Below are positions 41,630 to 50,896 of a DNA stretch of 64,000 nucleotides, in pieces. A program made the translations under genes and the position numbers. The stretch lies in NCBI GenBank assembly GCA_030584005.1, contig CP129486.1, positions 2,219,971-2,283,970 of the forward strand. Direction: 5' to 3'. Position 1 is the first letter of the stretch, and each line of letters starts with the position of its first letter. A model generated the notes under the pieces. The model worked only from the letters and a program-made list of their open reading frames with translations, searched no databases and was not told the DNA's origin. The stretch is from Bdellovibrionota bacterium. GTDB taxonomy: Bacteria; Bdellovibrionota_C; UBA2361; JAFLCA01.

Positions 41630-41944
41630 TCACCGATCGCGCCTATCCACAATCACCCCCAACGCATCAAGAGAGGGCGTGGGTGACTGTCCCTGCTGCG
41701 GCGCAGCGGGCGGCTGGGGCGCTGGCTCTGTTGATACTGAACCAGAGGAGCTCCATACCCGCATTTTCTTCCCCCCGCGCTCTACCACCTGCCCCGGGAG
41801 CACGGGTGGGAGTCTTCTATCGTTGGCTGCTTCAGCCTCTGCCTCGTCCGGTGCGGGAGCTGGATCAGTGTCCGCTCCAGATCCGTCGGCCCAAGCTGCT
41901 AACGGACAGAGCAAAAAGAGGAGATATAAGGCTCGCATTCGCAT
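41630..41944 (-). CDS. small secreted Pro/Ala-rich hypothetical protein
   Basis: Convincing signal peptide MRMRALYLLFLLCPLAAWA. Occupies the region that would otherwise be a 5' extension of purN. Confidence 0.4.
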   Translation of the reverse strand: MRMRALYLLFLLCPLAAWADGSGADTDPAPAPDEAEAEAANDRRLPPVLPGQVVERGGKKMRVWSSSGSVSTEPAPQPPAAPQQGQSPTPSLDALGVIVDRRDR

Positions 41945-42065
41945 AGGGACTCCCTTGAACTCATATTTGTCATGCTACCACGAACACTTATCCCTGTCCC
42001 AGGGAGCCCTGCAATCAGCCGCAGGTTCGATAGATAAACACATCGATTTTCTGTACGATGTCGCC

Positions 42066-42725
42066 ATGTTGCACGTCGTCATACTGATCTCCGGGCGTGG
42101 CTCGAATATGCGGAGCCTCGTGGAGCGCGCGCGGCACTATCGTGTCGTTGCCGTTGTATCGAACAAGGCCGAAGCGCCGGGGCTGGTCTTTGCGCGAGAA
42201 CGTGGCATTGAAACGGTTGTAGTACCTCGCGAACACTACGCAAGCCTCACCGCGCAGAAAGAAGCCCTGCTCTCAGCCGTGAAGACTTTTCATCCCTCCC
42301 TAGTAGCGCTCGCCGGGTACATGCAGATCATCGCTCCTAATTTCATTGCCGCCTTCTCTCAACGCATAGTAAATATTCACCCCTCTCTGCTGCCAAAGTA
42401 TCCGGGACTCGATACTCACGCCCGCGCAATTGCCGGAGGCGAGTCCGAGCATGGGTGTACTGTGCACCTGGTGGATGAGGGTGTGGATACGGGAATAATG
42501 CTTGCGCAGGCACCCTGTGCATGTTCGAGCCGTGATACCGTGCCCGAGTTATCGGATCGCGTGCTTGAGCGAGAGCATGTGTTGTACCCGTGGGTGCTCA
42601 ATAATATCGCCAGTGGTGATATCACGATTGGAACAGGTATCGTCCGCTACTCGGAGTCAGCCCAGCGGGAGGCAGCAGCCAAGGGGTTTCGCCTCAACAT
42701 GTCGAAAGATGGAGAAGCATTATGA
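42066..42725 (+). CDS. purN: phosphoribosylglycinamide formyltransferase
   Basis: HVVILISGRGSNMRSL start and formyl-transferase motifs (N...H...D). Internal Met chosen over the long ORF 41598. Confidence 0.8.
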   Translation: MLHVVILISGRGSNMRSLVERARHYRVVAVVSNKAEAPGLVFARERGIETVVVPREHYASLTAQKEALLSAVKTFHPSLVALAGYMQIIAPNFIAAFSQRIVNIHPSLLPKYPGLDTHARAIAGGESEHGCTVHLVDEGVDTGIMLAQAPCACSSRDTVPELSDRVLEREHVLYPWVLNNIASGDITIGTGIVRYSESAQREAAAKGFRLNMSKDGEAL

Positions 42726-43426
42726 CAATCCAAACTGTTCGCTACCTAGGTCACTCTGCTGTATTTCTGGAGGGGTCAAGTGGGGTTATCGCAATCGATC
42801 CGTGGCTCTCCTCCAACCCCTCCTGTCCCGCCGAGTATCGGTCTCCCAAACGCATTGATCTGATTGTGCTCTCGCATGGGCACTCCGATCACGCCTCTGA
42901 CGCCGCGCAGCTCGCCAAACAAACCGGCGCCAAGATAGCAGCCACCTTCGAACTGGCCTGCCTTCTGCAGTCAGAGGGAGTTCCAAGCGGGCAGCTCGTG
43001 ATGATGAACAAGGGCGGCACAGTGAATATGGGCAAGTTAAGTGTCTCGCTTACCCAAGCCTTCCATTCAAGCTCTTACGATACCTCGGACGGGCCGCGCT
43101 ATGCGGGGGAGCCGTGCGGGGTGGTGGTGCGTGATGGTCGTCATTCCTTTTATCACTCCGGAGATACAGCGCTTTTTAGTGATATGACGCTCATCGGGAC
43201 TCGCTATAAGCCCTCCATAGCTTTCGTTTGCATCGGAGATGTGTTTACTATGGGCCCTTCCGAAGCGGCTCAAGCGGTCCATATGCTAGGGGCGAAGGTG
43301 GCGGTTCCTATCCACTACGGGACCTTCCCTGCACTCACCGGGACCGCGGAAGAGTTTGCCCTCGAATGTGAACAGTACGGTATCCATGCGCGTGTAATGA
43401 ATCCCGGCGATAGCTGGGCGCTGTAA
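42722..43426 (+). CDS. MBL-fold metal-dependent hydrolase (UPF0173-like)
   Basis: HxHxDH motif LSHGHSDHASD. ATGA overlap with the purN stop. Confidence 0.7.
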   Translation: MTIQTVRYLGHSAVFLEGSSGVIAIDPWLSSNPSCPAEYRSPKRIDLIVLSHGHSDHASDAAQLAKQTGAKIAATFELACLLQSEGVPSGQLVMMNKGGTVNMGKLSVSLTQAFHSSSYDTSDGPRYAGEPCGVVVRDGRHSFYHSGDTALFSDMTLIGTRYKPSIAFVCIGDVFTMGPSEAAQAVHMLGAKVAVPIHYGTFPALTGTAEEFALECEQYGIHARVMNPGDSWAL

Positions 43427-43467
43427 TGGTGTAGCTCGGTAATCAGGATAGGTAAGGAGTAATCACA

Positions 43468-44709
43468 GTGAAAGGATCGCATCCCGTAATAACTATTCTC
43501 GGTTCAAACTCAGGCAATAATCTTGGCGATGCTGCGATTCTTTCGAGCATGCTTGAGAGCCTCTCCAGGGAGATCCCGGGGGCCGAGTTTCTCGTCCCTA
43601 CGACCAAGCCGTCTTTTATCGAGACCCACTATGCCCACCGTTACAACGTCAAGGCCATTAACATCATGCCGTGGACCGGCAGCATTCGTTTTCTGGGTAT
43701 CCCGACTTTTTGGGCTCTCATGCGGAGCGACTGCGCCCTGATCTGCGATGGAATTATTTTCGGCAAGAAGCTGCTCAACCCGGCCTTTAACTTTTTGATC
43801 GTCCTGGCCTTCGTGGTGCCCTTCGCCCGTCTCGTGGGCTGCATGCCCGTGTGCTACAGCTGCGGCATAGGTCCCTTCCATAGCTGGTTGAGCCGGGTGT
43901 TGGCTCGTTGGACCATTCAGCTTTGCGATCTGATCATGATGCGGGAGAACGACAGCAAACGACTGTGTGAGACGCTGGGGGTCACCAAACCGGTCTACCT
44001 CACCGGTGATGCTGCTTTTGTGAATCCCGTATCCGACGATGCGCGCGCCCGTGAGATCCTAGCCAAAGAGGGCATTGATCCCCAGATCCCCATTCTCGGC
44101 ATCAACGTGACAAGTTACCTTGATGGTTGGCTCGCTTCGAATGAGCGCGTGTCAGACCGCACGAACTTTATAACGACGGTGGCTGAGGGGGTGCGCGAAG
44201 CCACACGTGCGATGCAGGGTCCCTGTCAGGTGGTAGCATTCTCCACCCATCCCATGGACCTAGAAGCAGTCGAGCACTTGGCCTCGCTCACTAATGGCAA
44301 AGTGATTCACAACCGTGATTACCTGAGCCATGACATTCAGGCGGTGATGCGTCATTGCCAGCTCTTCGTGGGAATGCGTTTCCACTCCCTGATTCTTGCT
44401 TCGGCCGTTGGTGCTCCGATCGTGGCACTTGTGTATGCCCCTAAGGTCAAAGGTTTCATGCGGCTCTTGCAGTGCGAGGATCTCTCGATGGAGCTTAACA
44501 AGATTGATGTGGCTTCGCTGGCACAAACAATCGCCGATGCCTGGAGCCGCAGGGCCGAAATTAAATCCCGCCAACAGGCCGTCATTGATGGAATTAAGGC
44601 GGGAGCCCGCAAGGCCAACCGCATGATCATCGAGCGTTACTACCCGCACCTTCTAAAATCGCAAGAGGTCGAAGCTCCTTCGATGACAGCGACACGGATG
44701 GCATCGTAA
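43468..44709 (+). CDS. polysaccharide pyruvyl transferase family protein
   Basis: 413 aa. N-terminal GxNxGNxGD-type motif (ILGSNSGNNLGDAAI) typical of PF04230. Confidence 0.55.
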   Translation: MKGSHPVITILGSNSGNNLGDAAILSSMLESLSREIPGAEFLVPTTKPSFIETHYAHRYNVKAINIMPWTGSIRFLGIPTFWALMRSDCALICDGIIFGKKLLNPAFNFLIVLAFVVPFARLVGCMPVCYSCGIGPFHSWLSRVLARWTIQLCDLIMMRENDSKRLCETLGVTKPVYLTGDAAFVNPVSDDARAREILAKEGIDPQIPILGINVTSYLDGWLASNERVSDRTNFITTVAEGVREATRAMQGPCQVVAFSTHPMDLEAVEHLASLTNGKVIHNRDYLSHDIQAVMRHCQLFVGMRFHSLILASAVGAPIVALVYAPKVKGFMRLLQCEDLSMELNKIDVASLAQTIADAWSRRAEIKSRQQAVIDGIKAGARKANRMIIERYYPHLLKSQEVEAPSMTATRMAS

Positions 44710-44750
44710 TTTCGTTCCCCGACGTTCATCGGGGCCTTCCCTGAGCGTCC

Positions 44751-45134
44751 CTACCGCAATGACGCCATGGAGAACATCAGACACCATCCAATCGACCTGA
44801 GCGCAAACGCAGCGAGAGCGATCCGTATATGCCAGAGGCGCAGCACCGGATGCGCCGGCCCTAGAAAGAGCCGCCAACCGATTACACTTACCGGGATATA
44901 CATCAGCAGCGCCGCGAAGGAAGCAGCGATGTGTAGCTGCTGCCAGACAGTGAGCGGCTCCGTCCAGGCCGTCTGCACTGCCGACTTAGTCAGCTGCAGA
45001 TAAAGAACAAGGGTAAAGTCAGCCAGCATTCCCATGGACATGCAGGTCACATGCAGGGAACGACGATGCCTCACGACCACTCCGATTACGAGGAGCAGCC
45101 AGGAGGCCGTTGCGACACACATAGGGACTGACAT
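44751..45134 (-). CDS. hypothetical integral membrane protein
   Basis: 127 aa with 3-4 predicted TM helices. Confidence 0.35.
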   Translation of the reverse strand: MSVPMCVATASWLLLVIGVVVRHRRSLHVTCMSMGMLADFTLVLYLQLTKSAVQTAWTEPLTVWQQLHIAASFAALLMYIPVSVIGWRLFLGPAHPVLRLWHIRIALAAFALRSIGWCLMFSMASLR

Positions 45135-45221
45135 TACGATTTACGATCCGAACACCCAGCATGTTACCACCCGTCCTATCGGAGGACTGTGGACAGACCA
45201 AGGCTGTCCACAGGGTCGGGG

Positions 45222-45656
45222 TTATTGTACCTTCAATAATTCCACTTCAAAGATCAGATTGCTATTAGGCGGAATTACGGCTCCAGCACCCTGCGTACCG
45301 TAGCCAAGAGCTGCGGGAATATACAGAACTCGCTTCTCACCCTCTTTCATCCCCGTGACTCCCTGATCCCAGCCACGGATGACCTGCCCCGCGCCGAGGG
45401 GAAACGCAAATGGGGAGCCGCGGTCCAGCGAGCTGTCGAACTTCTTCCCTTTATTCCATCCATTCTCAGCCAGCCACCCTGTGTAATGCACCTCGACCTT
45501 CGAGCCCTTCGTGGCTTGTTTGCCCGATCCGGCCTTAAGCTCTTCAATGATGAGGCCCTCCGCAAGCTCCTTCTTCGAAGCCGCAACAGCCTCCTCAGAA
45601 TTGACCATAAGGTTTCCTAGCAACACTATAAGAACTGCAAACCGACGTAGTATCAT
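45222..45656 (-). CDS. FKBP-type peptidyl-prolyl cis-trans isomerase
   Basis: Signal peptide plus the FKBP domain (VHYTGWL..G..FDSS.DRG.PF.F.LGAGQVIRGWDQG...G). Confidence 0.75.
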   Translation of the reverse strand: MILRRFAVLIVLLGNLMVNSEEAVAASKKELAEGLIIEELKAGSGKQATKGSKVEVHYTGWLAENGWNKGKKFDSSLDRGSPFAFPLGAGQVIRGWDQGVTGMKEGEKRVLYIPAALGYGTQGAGAVIPPNSNLIFEVELLKVQ

Positions 45657-45824
45657 GTGTAGATTCCTCTAAGACATACAGACACCGAAGACCCACAAAC
45701 GATGCCCACATTTACTACGCCTGGAAGGGCTCGAAAAGAGCTCACGTAAGCTTCAAATCACTCTGCAACGCGTCCTCTGTACGTCACCTTCGCCATTGGT
45801 GCCACGATCTTACGTACAAGCGAG

Positions 45825-46331
45825 CTACGTTTTCACGATTAGCGCCACACACGTGGCGAGGATTCCCTCCTCCCTTCCGATACACCCCAACCGCTCGGCG
45901 GTAGTAGCCTTGATGCCCACACGCTCCACTGGCACCTTGAGAAGTGCAGATAACGATTCCTTCATGTGATCAATGCGCGGGGCTATGCGGGGAATCTCCG
46001 CCAGAAGCGTACAGTCAACATTCCACACGCTCCAATCGTCCGAGTGCAGCATCGTGACAACCTGCGCCAACATCCCCCGGCTATCGGCATTCTTCCAGCG
46101 TGCCGAGTCCGCGCCGGAGCTGGGAAACAGGTGTCCGATGTCAGCCTTGCCACATGCGCCCAGCAGCGCATCCATTACCGCGTGCAGAAGCACGTCGCCA
46201 TCCGAATGGCCCGCCGGCCCGTGACTAGCCTCGGGGAACTCCACCCCTCCCAAGACGCAGCGCCTTCCTTTAGCCAACGGATGGATATCGAGCCCCTGTC
46301 CAATTCTCAGATCCCTGAAGGGAAGCGACAT
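45825..46331 (-). CDS. ispF: 2-C-methyl-D-erythritol 2,4-cyclodiphosphate synthase
   Basis: RIGQGLDIHPL...GHSDGDVLLHAVMDALLGA, the IspF signature. Confidence 0.85.
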   Translation of the reverse strand: MSLPFRDLRIGQGLDIHPLAKGRRCVLGGVEFPEASHGPAGHSDGDVLLHAVMDALLGACGKADIGHLFPSSGADSARWKNADSRGMLAQVVTMLHSDDWSVWNVDCTLLAEIPRIAPRIDHMKESLSALLKVPVERVGIKATTAERLGCIGREEGILATCVALIVKT

Positions 46332-47091
46332 GAAAGTCCTCCATCGAAAGATTACGCACTACTTCAAAAGGCGGGGTCTCGTGCTCCTTGCTGAGCGCCT
46401 CGGCACGTCTCACGATAAGACATGCGGCGATGAACCGCGGCACATAACGCGCCGTCTGATCGCGCAGCGTTCTTTGGCGAGCAAGGGTCCAGAAATTATT
46501 GCTCTTCACCTTGCGCATGGCTCGCTCGACCGCCGAAGGACCTGCATTATATGCAGCCAGAACCAAATTCCAATCACGAAACTGCGCATACAGGTCCCGG
46601 AGATGCCTTGCAGCCGCTAAGGTCGAAAGCACGAGGTCCTGGCGCTGGTCTATCCCCCGCTCCACTCGTAGACCATACATACGCGCCGTTTGACTCATAA
46701 ACTGCCAAGGACCGGATGCACCGGCACTGCTTTTTGCGGTGAGCTTAAATCCACTCTCTATAAGGGCAACATTGAGCAGGTCCGGATGCAGCCCCTGATC
46801 ACGGAATATCTCATACAGCACAGGCTCAAACTGCATACGCCGCTCAAGTGCTTGCTGGACGAAGCTGGCCCGGCCTTTCAGTAGGAAGGCCAATTCACGC
46901 CGTACCTCGGTGTTCATTTCAAGCTGCGGTCCCGGCAACACCGCAAGCGGAGCGTGTGGAGACCTCTGCATCAAACGAGACCACAGCGATTGCTGCGGTG
47001 ATGGCGACTCATCCCCAAATGGGGAGTAGATATGGGACCGACCAATCGAGCTGCAACCCAGCTGGGTGGTACACCACAGCACAAGCAACAT
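46270..47091 (-). CDS. lytic transglycosylase (SLT domain) lipoprotein
   Basis: SLT catalytic region ESGFKLTAKSSAGASGPWQFM. Lipoprotein-like N-terminus LLVLWCTTQLGCSS. 3' end overlaps the ispF start. Confidence 0.65.
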   Translation of the reverse strand: MLLVLWCTTQLGCSSIGRSHIYSPFGDESPSPQQSLWSRLMQRSPHAPLAVLPGPQLEMNTEVRRELAFLLKGRASFVQQALERRMQFEPVLYEIFRDQGLHPDLLNVALIESGFKLTAKSSAGASGPWQFMSQTARMYGLRVERGIDQRQDLVLSTLAAARHLRDLYAQFRDWNLVLAAYNAGPSAVERAMRKVKSNNFWTLARQRTLRDQTARYVPRFIAACLIVRRAEALSKEHETPPFEVVRNLSMEDFHVASLQGSENWTGARYPSVG

Positions 47092-47601
47092 CCGCAGCGG
47101 GATCCAGAGGCATCGACTCCATTCCATAGGAACACATCACTTGGGGAAGAATTGAGAACACATCGGAACCTTACAGCTCCGAATGCCCTTCAACAGAATG
47201 GGAGCAGGCTAACAAGAAGCTCGCTCCTACTCAATTAAGCTTACTTCACGGGGCCTCAGGCAATTCAGCGGCTAACGCACTTTCCGCAAAGTGCCGCACA
47301 ACATCATCGGCGATTTCTGACCCTTGCACCCGCAATTCCCGCACCGCGCTAGATTCCCAACAGTCCTTGCGTCTCAGGGGTCCGATAACCCCATGCGGGG
47401 CCGGCCCTCGTACGTGCTATGCCGTCCGTGTCGATTTCGACTTCCAATCCAAGCCGATCCGAACTCAATATGCCCTCGCTGATCGTTTGCTCCCGCATGG
47501 AGTGCCTCGGCGCCCGCTCTGGGGGCCTGTGCAATAGAAGCTGAATAGTGCCGAACAAAAAGCAATACCTCTGAAGGCACTGCCGGGATGAAGCATTTAT
47601 A

Positions 47602-48819
47602 TTATTTGTGTCCAAAGACCAGCATCAATAGCTGTTTCATCCGAACAAGGATGCTCCTTTCGTGCTCTGCCCGTGGTGCCTGGGCCATTGCAGCGCTTTG
47701 AGTATCAACAGGTTGGTCATCAACCTTGGCAGTAGTAAGTACCCTCTGACGGGATTGCACTGCTAAGTCTGCTAAGTCGGACAGCGTCGACGTCCCGAGA
47801 TCTGTTGCAACGGCATCAAGAGGGCTTTTGGTCCCGACTCCTTTTTCTATCGTGACATGGGTATAAATCATAGTGGTTTTAAGATCGTTGTGACCAAGTA
47901 ACACCTGTACCGTTCGTACATCGGTCCCCGAATCGAGAAGGTGAGTTGCAAACGAGTGGCGACAGGTGTGGCAGGTCACTTTCTTTTGAATACCGGCTTT
48001 TTTGACCGCACAAGCCAAAGCATCTTGCATAATAGTTGGGTAGAGATGCCAGCGTCCTTCTTTTCCTGTACGTGGGTCCATTGAGCGCTTAAGCCAGGGG
48101 AAGACATACTGCCATTTCCATTCGGCGTCGGCGTTTGGATACTTTCTTTGAAGCGCATACGGAAGAATCGTGCGACCGAAGCCCTCCTTTATGTCTTGCC
48201 CGTGAACAACGTTCGCTTTCTCAAGTTGCTTTCGTAGTGGTCCTCTCAGGAACTTGGGGAGTGGGACGGTTCTATCTTTCTCGCCTTTGGCATCCCGAAC
48301 GATTATGAGATTCCGCTCGAAGTCTATATCTTTGACCCGGAGTTTTAACACCTCGATGAGCCGCATGCCGGTGCCATAGAGCAGGCATCCAATCAACCAC
48401 TGTACGCCAGACAGATTTTTTATGACTGCTATCATCTCATCAACACTTAATACAACAGGGATGTGCCTTGGCCTCTTGGCCCAGACGATTCCTTCAAACA
48501 TTCCAGGATCCATCTGAAGAACGTGTTTGTAGAGGTACACGATTCCGTTGAGCGCTTAATTCTGAGTCGCAGCGGACACGTTCTTGTAAGCTGCGAGGTA
48601 GCTCAGGAACTGAGTAATCTCCTCGGCTCCCATCTCTCTTGGGTGCTTGCCTCTGTGAAACGCAACAAACCGCTTGGCCCAATGGGTATATGTTTTCTCG
48701 GTAAATTGGCTCATATGCGCGAGGCGCATCTTCTCTCGCATTACCTGGAAGAGTCCCTTAGGCTTGCTCGCGGCGGGAGGGCCGAGGCTGATCCTTTCTC
48801 TGGGGTTGCATGGGTCCAT
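47602..48819 (-). pseudogene. intI: integron integrase IntI, interrupted by in-frame TAA (stop at 48556..48558)
   Basis: ORFs 48556..48819 and 47602..48540 are in the same frame. Together they align end-to-end with IntI: N-terminus YTHWAKRFVAFH; LLYGTGMRLIEVLKLRVKDIDF; KGEKDRTVPLP; the IntI-specific extra segment ALQRKYPNADAEWKWQYVFPW; the catalytic HTCRHSFATHLL..LLGHNDLKTTMIYTHV. TAA sits where IntI1 has Gln (..STHRQALAAL..). Confidence 0.85.
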
Positions 48820-49088
48820 ACTTCATATATTCGCAATCCCTAGGTAAAAGTTTCTGCTCCCTCATGAGCACACTGGGTTACTCACGAGTTCCAGTGATCT
48901 CGTGAGTCCGCTCTTGTGAGACCCTCCGATAATTCCAAGGGCCGATATATTCCATCGGAACTACTAGCAATTTGGAGGCTGGGTGGGACGCATTCCCAAG
49001 AGACTCTCGTAGACTCACAGGGTCGGTAGAGTCAGCTCACGAGACTTGACAGGATTACTCACGAGAATACGTCAGTAGTATGTTCTCC
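48820..49088 (+). other. attI-like region: intI-to-first-cassette spacer with ctcacgag repeats and GTTCTCC core at 49082
   Basis: Repeats ttactcacgag (48878), inverted ctcgtgag (48899), agctcacgag (49034), attactcacgag (49054). Core GTTCTCC at 49082..49088 is identical to the R' core of attC1. Confidence 0.5.
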
Positions 49089-49511
49089 CGCAAAATGAGT
49101 TTTATGAAAAGAACGCCGTTCAAACGAATTATATCGGAAGTTCCGCAGCAAGAGGCGCACGATGGTGTGGGATTGCGCCGAGTACTTTTGTCTTCCGATC
49201 TACCGATTGCAAAGAATCTGCAAGCTATGACCCATGGAATTATGAAGCCCAGAACTTCCTTGGGGTGGCATCTCCATGACGATAAGGATGAAGTAATTCT
49301 TCTCATCCGGGGAAATGGCGTGGTGCATATTGATGGTGGCGAAAGTTTGCCTTGCGCTGCTGGCGATGTTCTATACATACCTGCGGGTAACCGACATCGA
49401 ATTGAGAATTTAAGTGATTCTGAGCTTGAAGAGTTTTTCTTCCGCGTCTTTGCTGAAGCGGGAGAACAATCAAGCGCAGCCGACCGCCCTGACGGGCGGC
49501 GGCTGGCTTAA
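49080..49511 (+). CDS. cupin-domain protein (integron cassette 1)
   Basis: Two-His cupin motif HLHDDKDEVILLIRGNG...G..LYIPAGNRHRIEN. 3' end runs into attC1. Confidence 0.65.
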   Translation: MFSRKMSFMKRTPFKRIISEVPQQEAHDGVGLRRVLLSSDLPIAKNLQAMTHGIMKPRTSLGWHLHDDKDEVILLIRGNGVVHIDGGESLPCAAGDVLYIPAGNRHRIENLSDSELEEFFFRVFAEAGEQSSAADRPDGRRLA

Positions 49512-49521
49512 ACCGTTCTCC
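49461..49521 (+). other. attC site 1
   Basis: R'' GGAGAAC (49461) ... inverted core R' GTTCTCC (49515). Internal imperfect palindrome CAGCCGACCGCCC / GGGCGGCGGCTGG. Paralogous to the attC at 50591. Confidence 0.65.
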
Positions 49522-49523
49522 CG

Positions 49524-49820
49524 TTAAGCAGCCCTTTTCTTAACAGCACGTTCCAATAGCTCATGCATCAAACTTTGATAGGGCTTGCCTTGAATACCAG
49601 CGAGCTTTTTCAATTGAGCGAGCAATTCCGGTGCGATTCTAACAGCAATCAATTGTTTAGCCTTGCCCGTTGAGGGGCGTCCAACTCGACGCGCCTTTCG
49701 AAGCTGCTCATCGGTGAGCTCGGGAATATCGGTAAAATCGATATCAGCGTCTTTGGTATGCCGCGCGCTCTTTCCGTGATGCCTTCCTTGCGCTGATGAT
49801 TCGGATCGTTTCCTTCCCAT
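49524..49820 (-). CDS. brnA: BrnA-like antitoxin (RHH)
   Basis: 98 aa, basic N-terminus. C-terminal ribbon-helix-helix-like LIAVRIAPELLAQLKKLA..YQSLMHELLE. Lies downstream of and overlaps brnT. Start uncertain. Confidence 0.65.
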   Translation of the reverse strand: MGRKRSESSAQGRHHGKSARHTKDADIDFTDIPELTDEQLRKARRVGRPSTGKAKQLIAVRIAPELLAQLKKLAGIQGKPYQSLMHELLERAVKKRAA

Positions 49821-50028
49821 CGCTTGTTCTCCTAACCGTATAAATTATAGTGAGTACTTTGCCTTCTGCCGACCTTGCCACCCTAAAATGGCGCGGCTCA
49901 AGCTGGGAGTGTTTTTGATCGACGCCATCAAGCCCGTCGGTATCAGCGAACGCGGTCGCAGCTTCTTCGAATGAAATTGCATGCTTTTCGAAGTTGGCCA
50001 ACGCCTTCTTCACGTCCCATGTGAACAT
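49744..50028 (-). CDS. brnT: BrnT-family ribonuclease toxin (DUF497)
   Basis: MFTWDVKKALANFEKHAISFEEAATAF...RIISARKASRKERAAY is a typical BrnT sequence. Confidence 0.8.
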   Translation of the reverse strand: MFTWDVKKALANFEKHAISFEEAATAFADTDGLDGVDQKHSQLEPRHFRVARSAEGKVLTIIYTVRRTSDGKETIRIISARKASRKERAAYQRR

Positions 50029-50096
50029 ATTATCGTATATACGCTAATTATGCGAGTGTTTTATAGAGTTATCGCCAAAACGCTGCTAAAGTTGCG

Positions 50097-50153
50097 GGAG
50101 AACAATCGGATCGAGCCGAGGCGAGCGCGCCCGGCTCATCCTGGCCGTTATGG
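50097..50153 (+). other. attC site 2 (BrnTA cassette end)
   Basis: GGAGAAC (50097) ... palindrome GAGCCGAGGCGAGCGCGCCCGGCTC ... GTTATGG (50147). The next ORF's ATG sits in the R' core. Confidence 0.55.
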
Positions 50154-50596
50154 CGTTAATGATGCGAAGAAGCTTTATTTCATGGTTAGTTGGATCTGCG
50201 ATTGGATTGCTTTTAGGGATCATCGTCTACTCCACCATTCCAGGGGTAAAGGTATTACCAGCGATTCGAGGATCCGTCGGCGAGCTCTTTATAAGAGCAC
50301 TTGTCCTTCCGGCGGTGGAGCTCTTTTTCGGAATAGGTGCATTTCTGTTGGCTTTGGGACCAATCACCACTGGTCGTTGGGGATCACGCCCTATAGCATT
50401 TTTCTTAATATCGTTTGCGCTCTCGTTAGGCTTGTATGCAATTTTGTTTATTGCAGGGTGTCTAGCTATTGGTGGGTATTTTCAGGAAGCAGGATTGGCT
50501 TTCTTGCCCGTATTTCTTTTAGCTTGGCCTGTGATTGCGATTTACTCGCTTCCCGTTGTGTTGGGAGTTATAGCCTTAGGTCGGAGGACGCCATAA
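50150..50596 (+). CDS. hypothetical integral membrane protein (cassette)
   Basis: 148 aa with 4 hydrophobic helices. Stop codon lies within attC. Confidence 0.5.
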   Translation: MALMMRRSFISWLVGSAIGLLLGIIVYSTIPGVKVLPAIRGSVGELFIRALVLPAVELFFGIGAFLLALGPITTGRWGSRPIAFFLISFALSLGLYAILFIAGCLAIGGYFQEAGLAFLPVFLLAWPVIAIYSLPVVLGVIALGRRTP

Positions 50597-50651
50597 CAAT
50601 CAAGCCCAGCCGACCGCCCTGGCGGGCGACGGCTGGCTTTAACCGTTATGC
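50591..50651 (+). other. attC site 3
   Basis: CCATAAC (50591) ... CAGCCGACCGCCCTGGCGGGCGACGGCTGG ... GTTATGC (50645). Near-identical to attC1. Confidence 0.65.
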
Positions 50652-50896
50652 GCCTCAATGTACCTGGCTGCCCGGATCGATGCATAATAGTAATTATAGA
50701 TCCAAGACATTCTCCTTCTCCTATCGCGTATGAAGGTCTGCCTGTGCAGACCACGGATTTCTCTCGTTCTAGCTTTGACTTTCCGGAAGGCGGTCGTTTC
50801 AAGGTTATGTTGCGAATGTCTCACCGGAGGACCTACGGACTGGACGTTACACCTTGGATCAATGGCTTGCGTCACCAATAGCGACTAAGTACGCAT

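Noticed and set aside
41598-42065. Long N-terminal extension of purN (ORF 41598..42725 begins 156 codons upstream of the PurN domain)
   Set aside because: The extension is low-complexity Ala/Gly/Ser-rich and has no PurN homology. It is overlapped by a minus-strand ORF with an excellent signal peptide. The PurN domain starts cleanly at Met 42066.
47380-47420. GC-rich hairpin (GGGGTCCGATAACCCCATGCGGGGCCGGCCC) downstream of intI as a terminator
   Set aside because: No U-tract follows on the relevant strand, and the pairing is imperfect. Insufficient evidence for a rho-independent terminator.
50652-50896. Possible additional attC or tiny cassette between attC 3 and ORF 50897 (palindrome GGTCTGCCTGTGCAGACC, GTTATGT-like core at about 50806)
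   Set aside because: No RYYYAAC left core and no full attC-like spacing. It could be a promoter or terminator element inside the cassette. Left unannotated.
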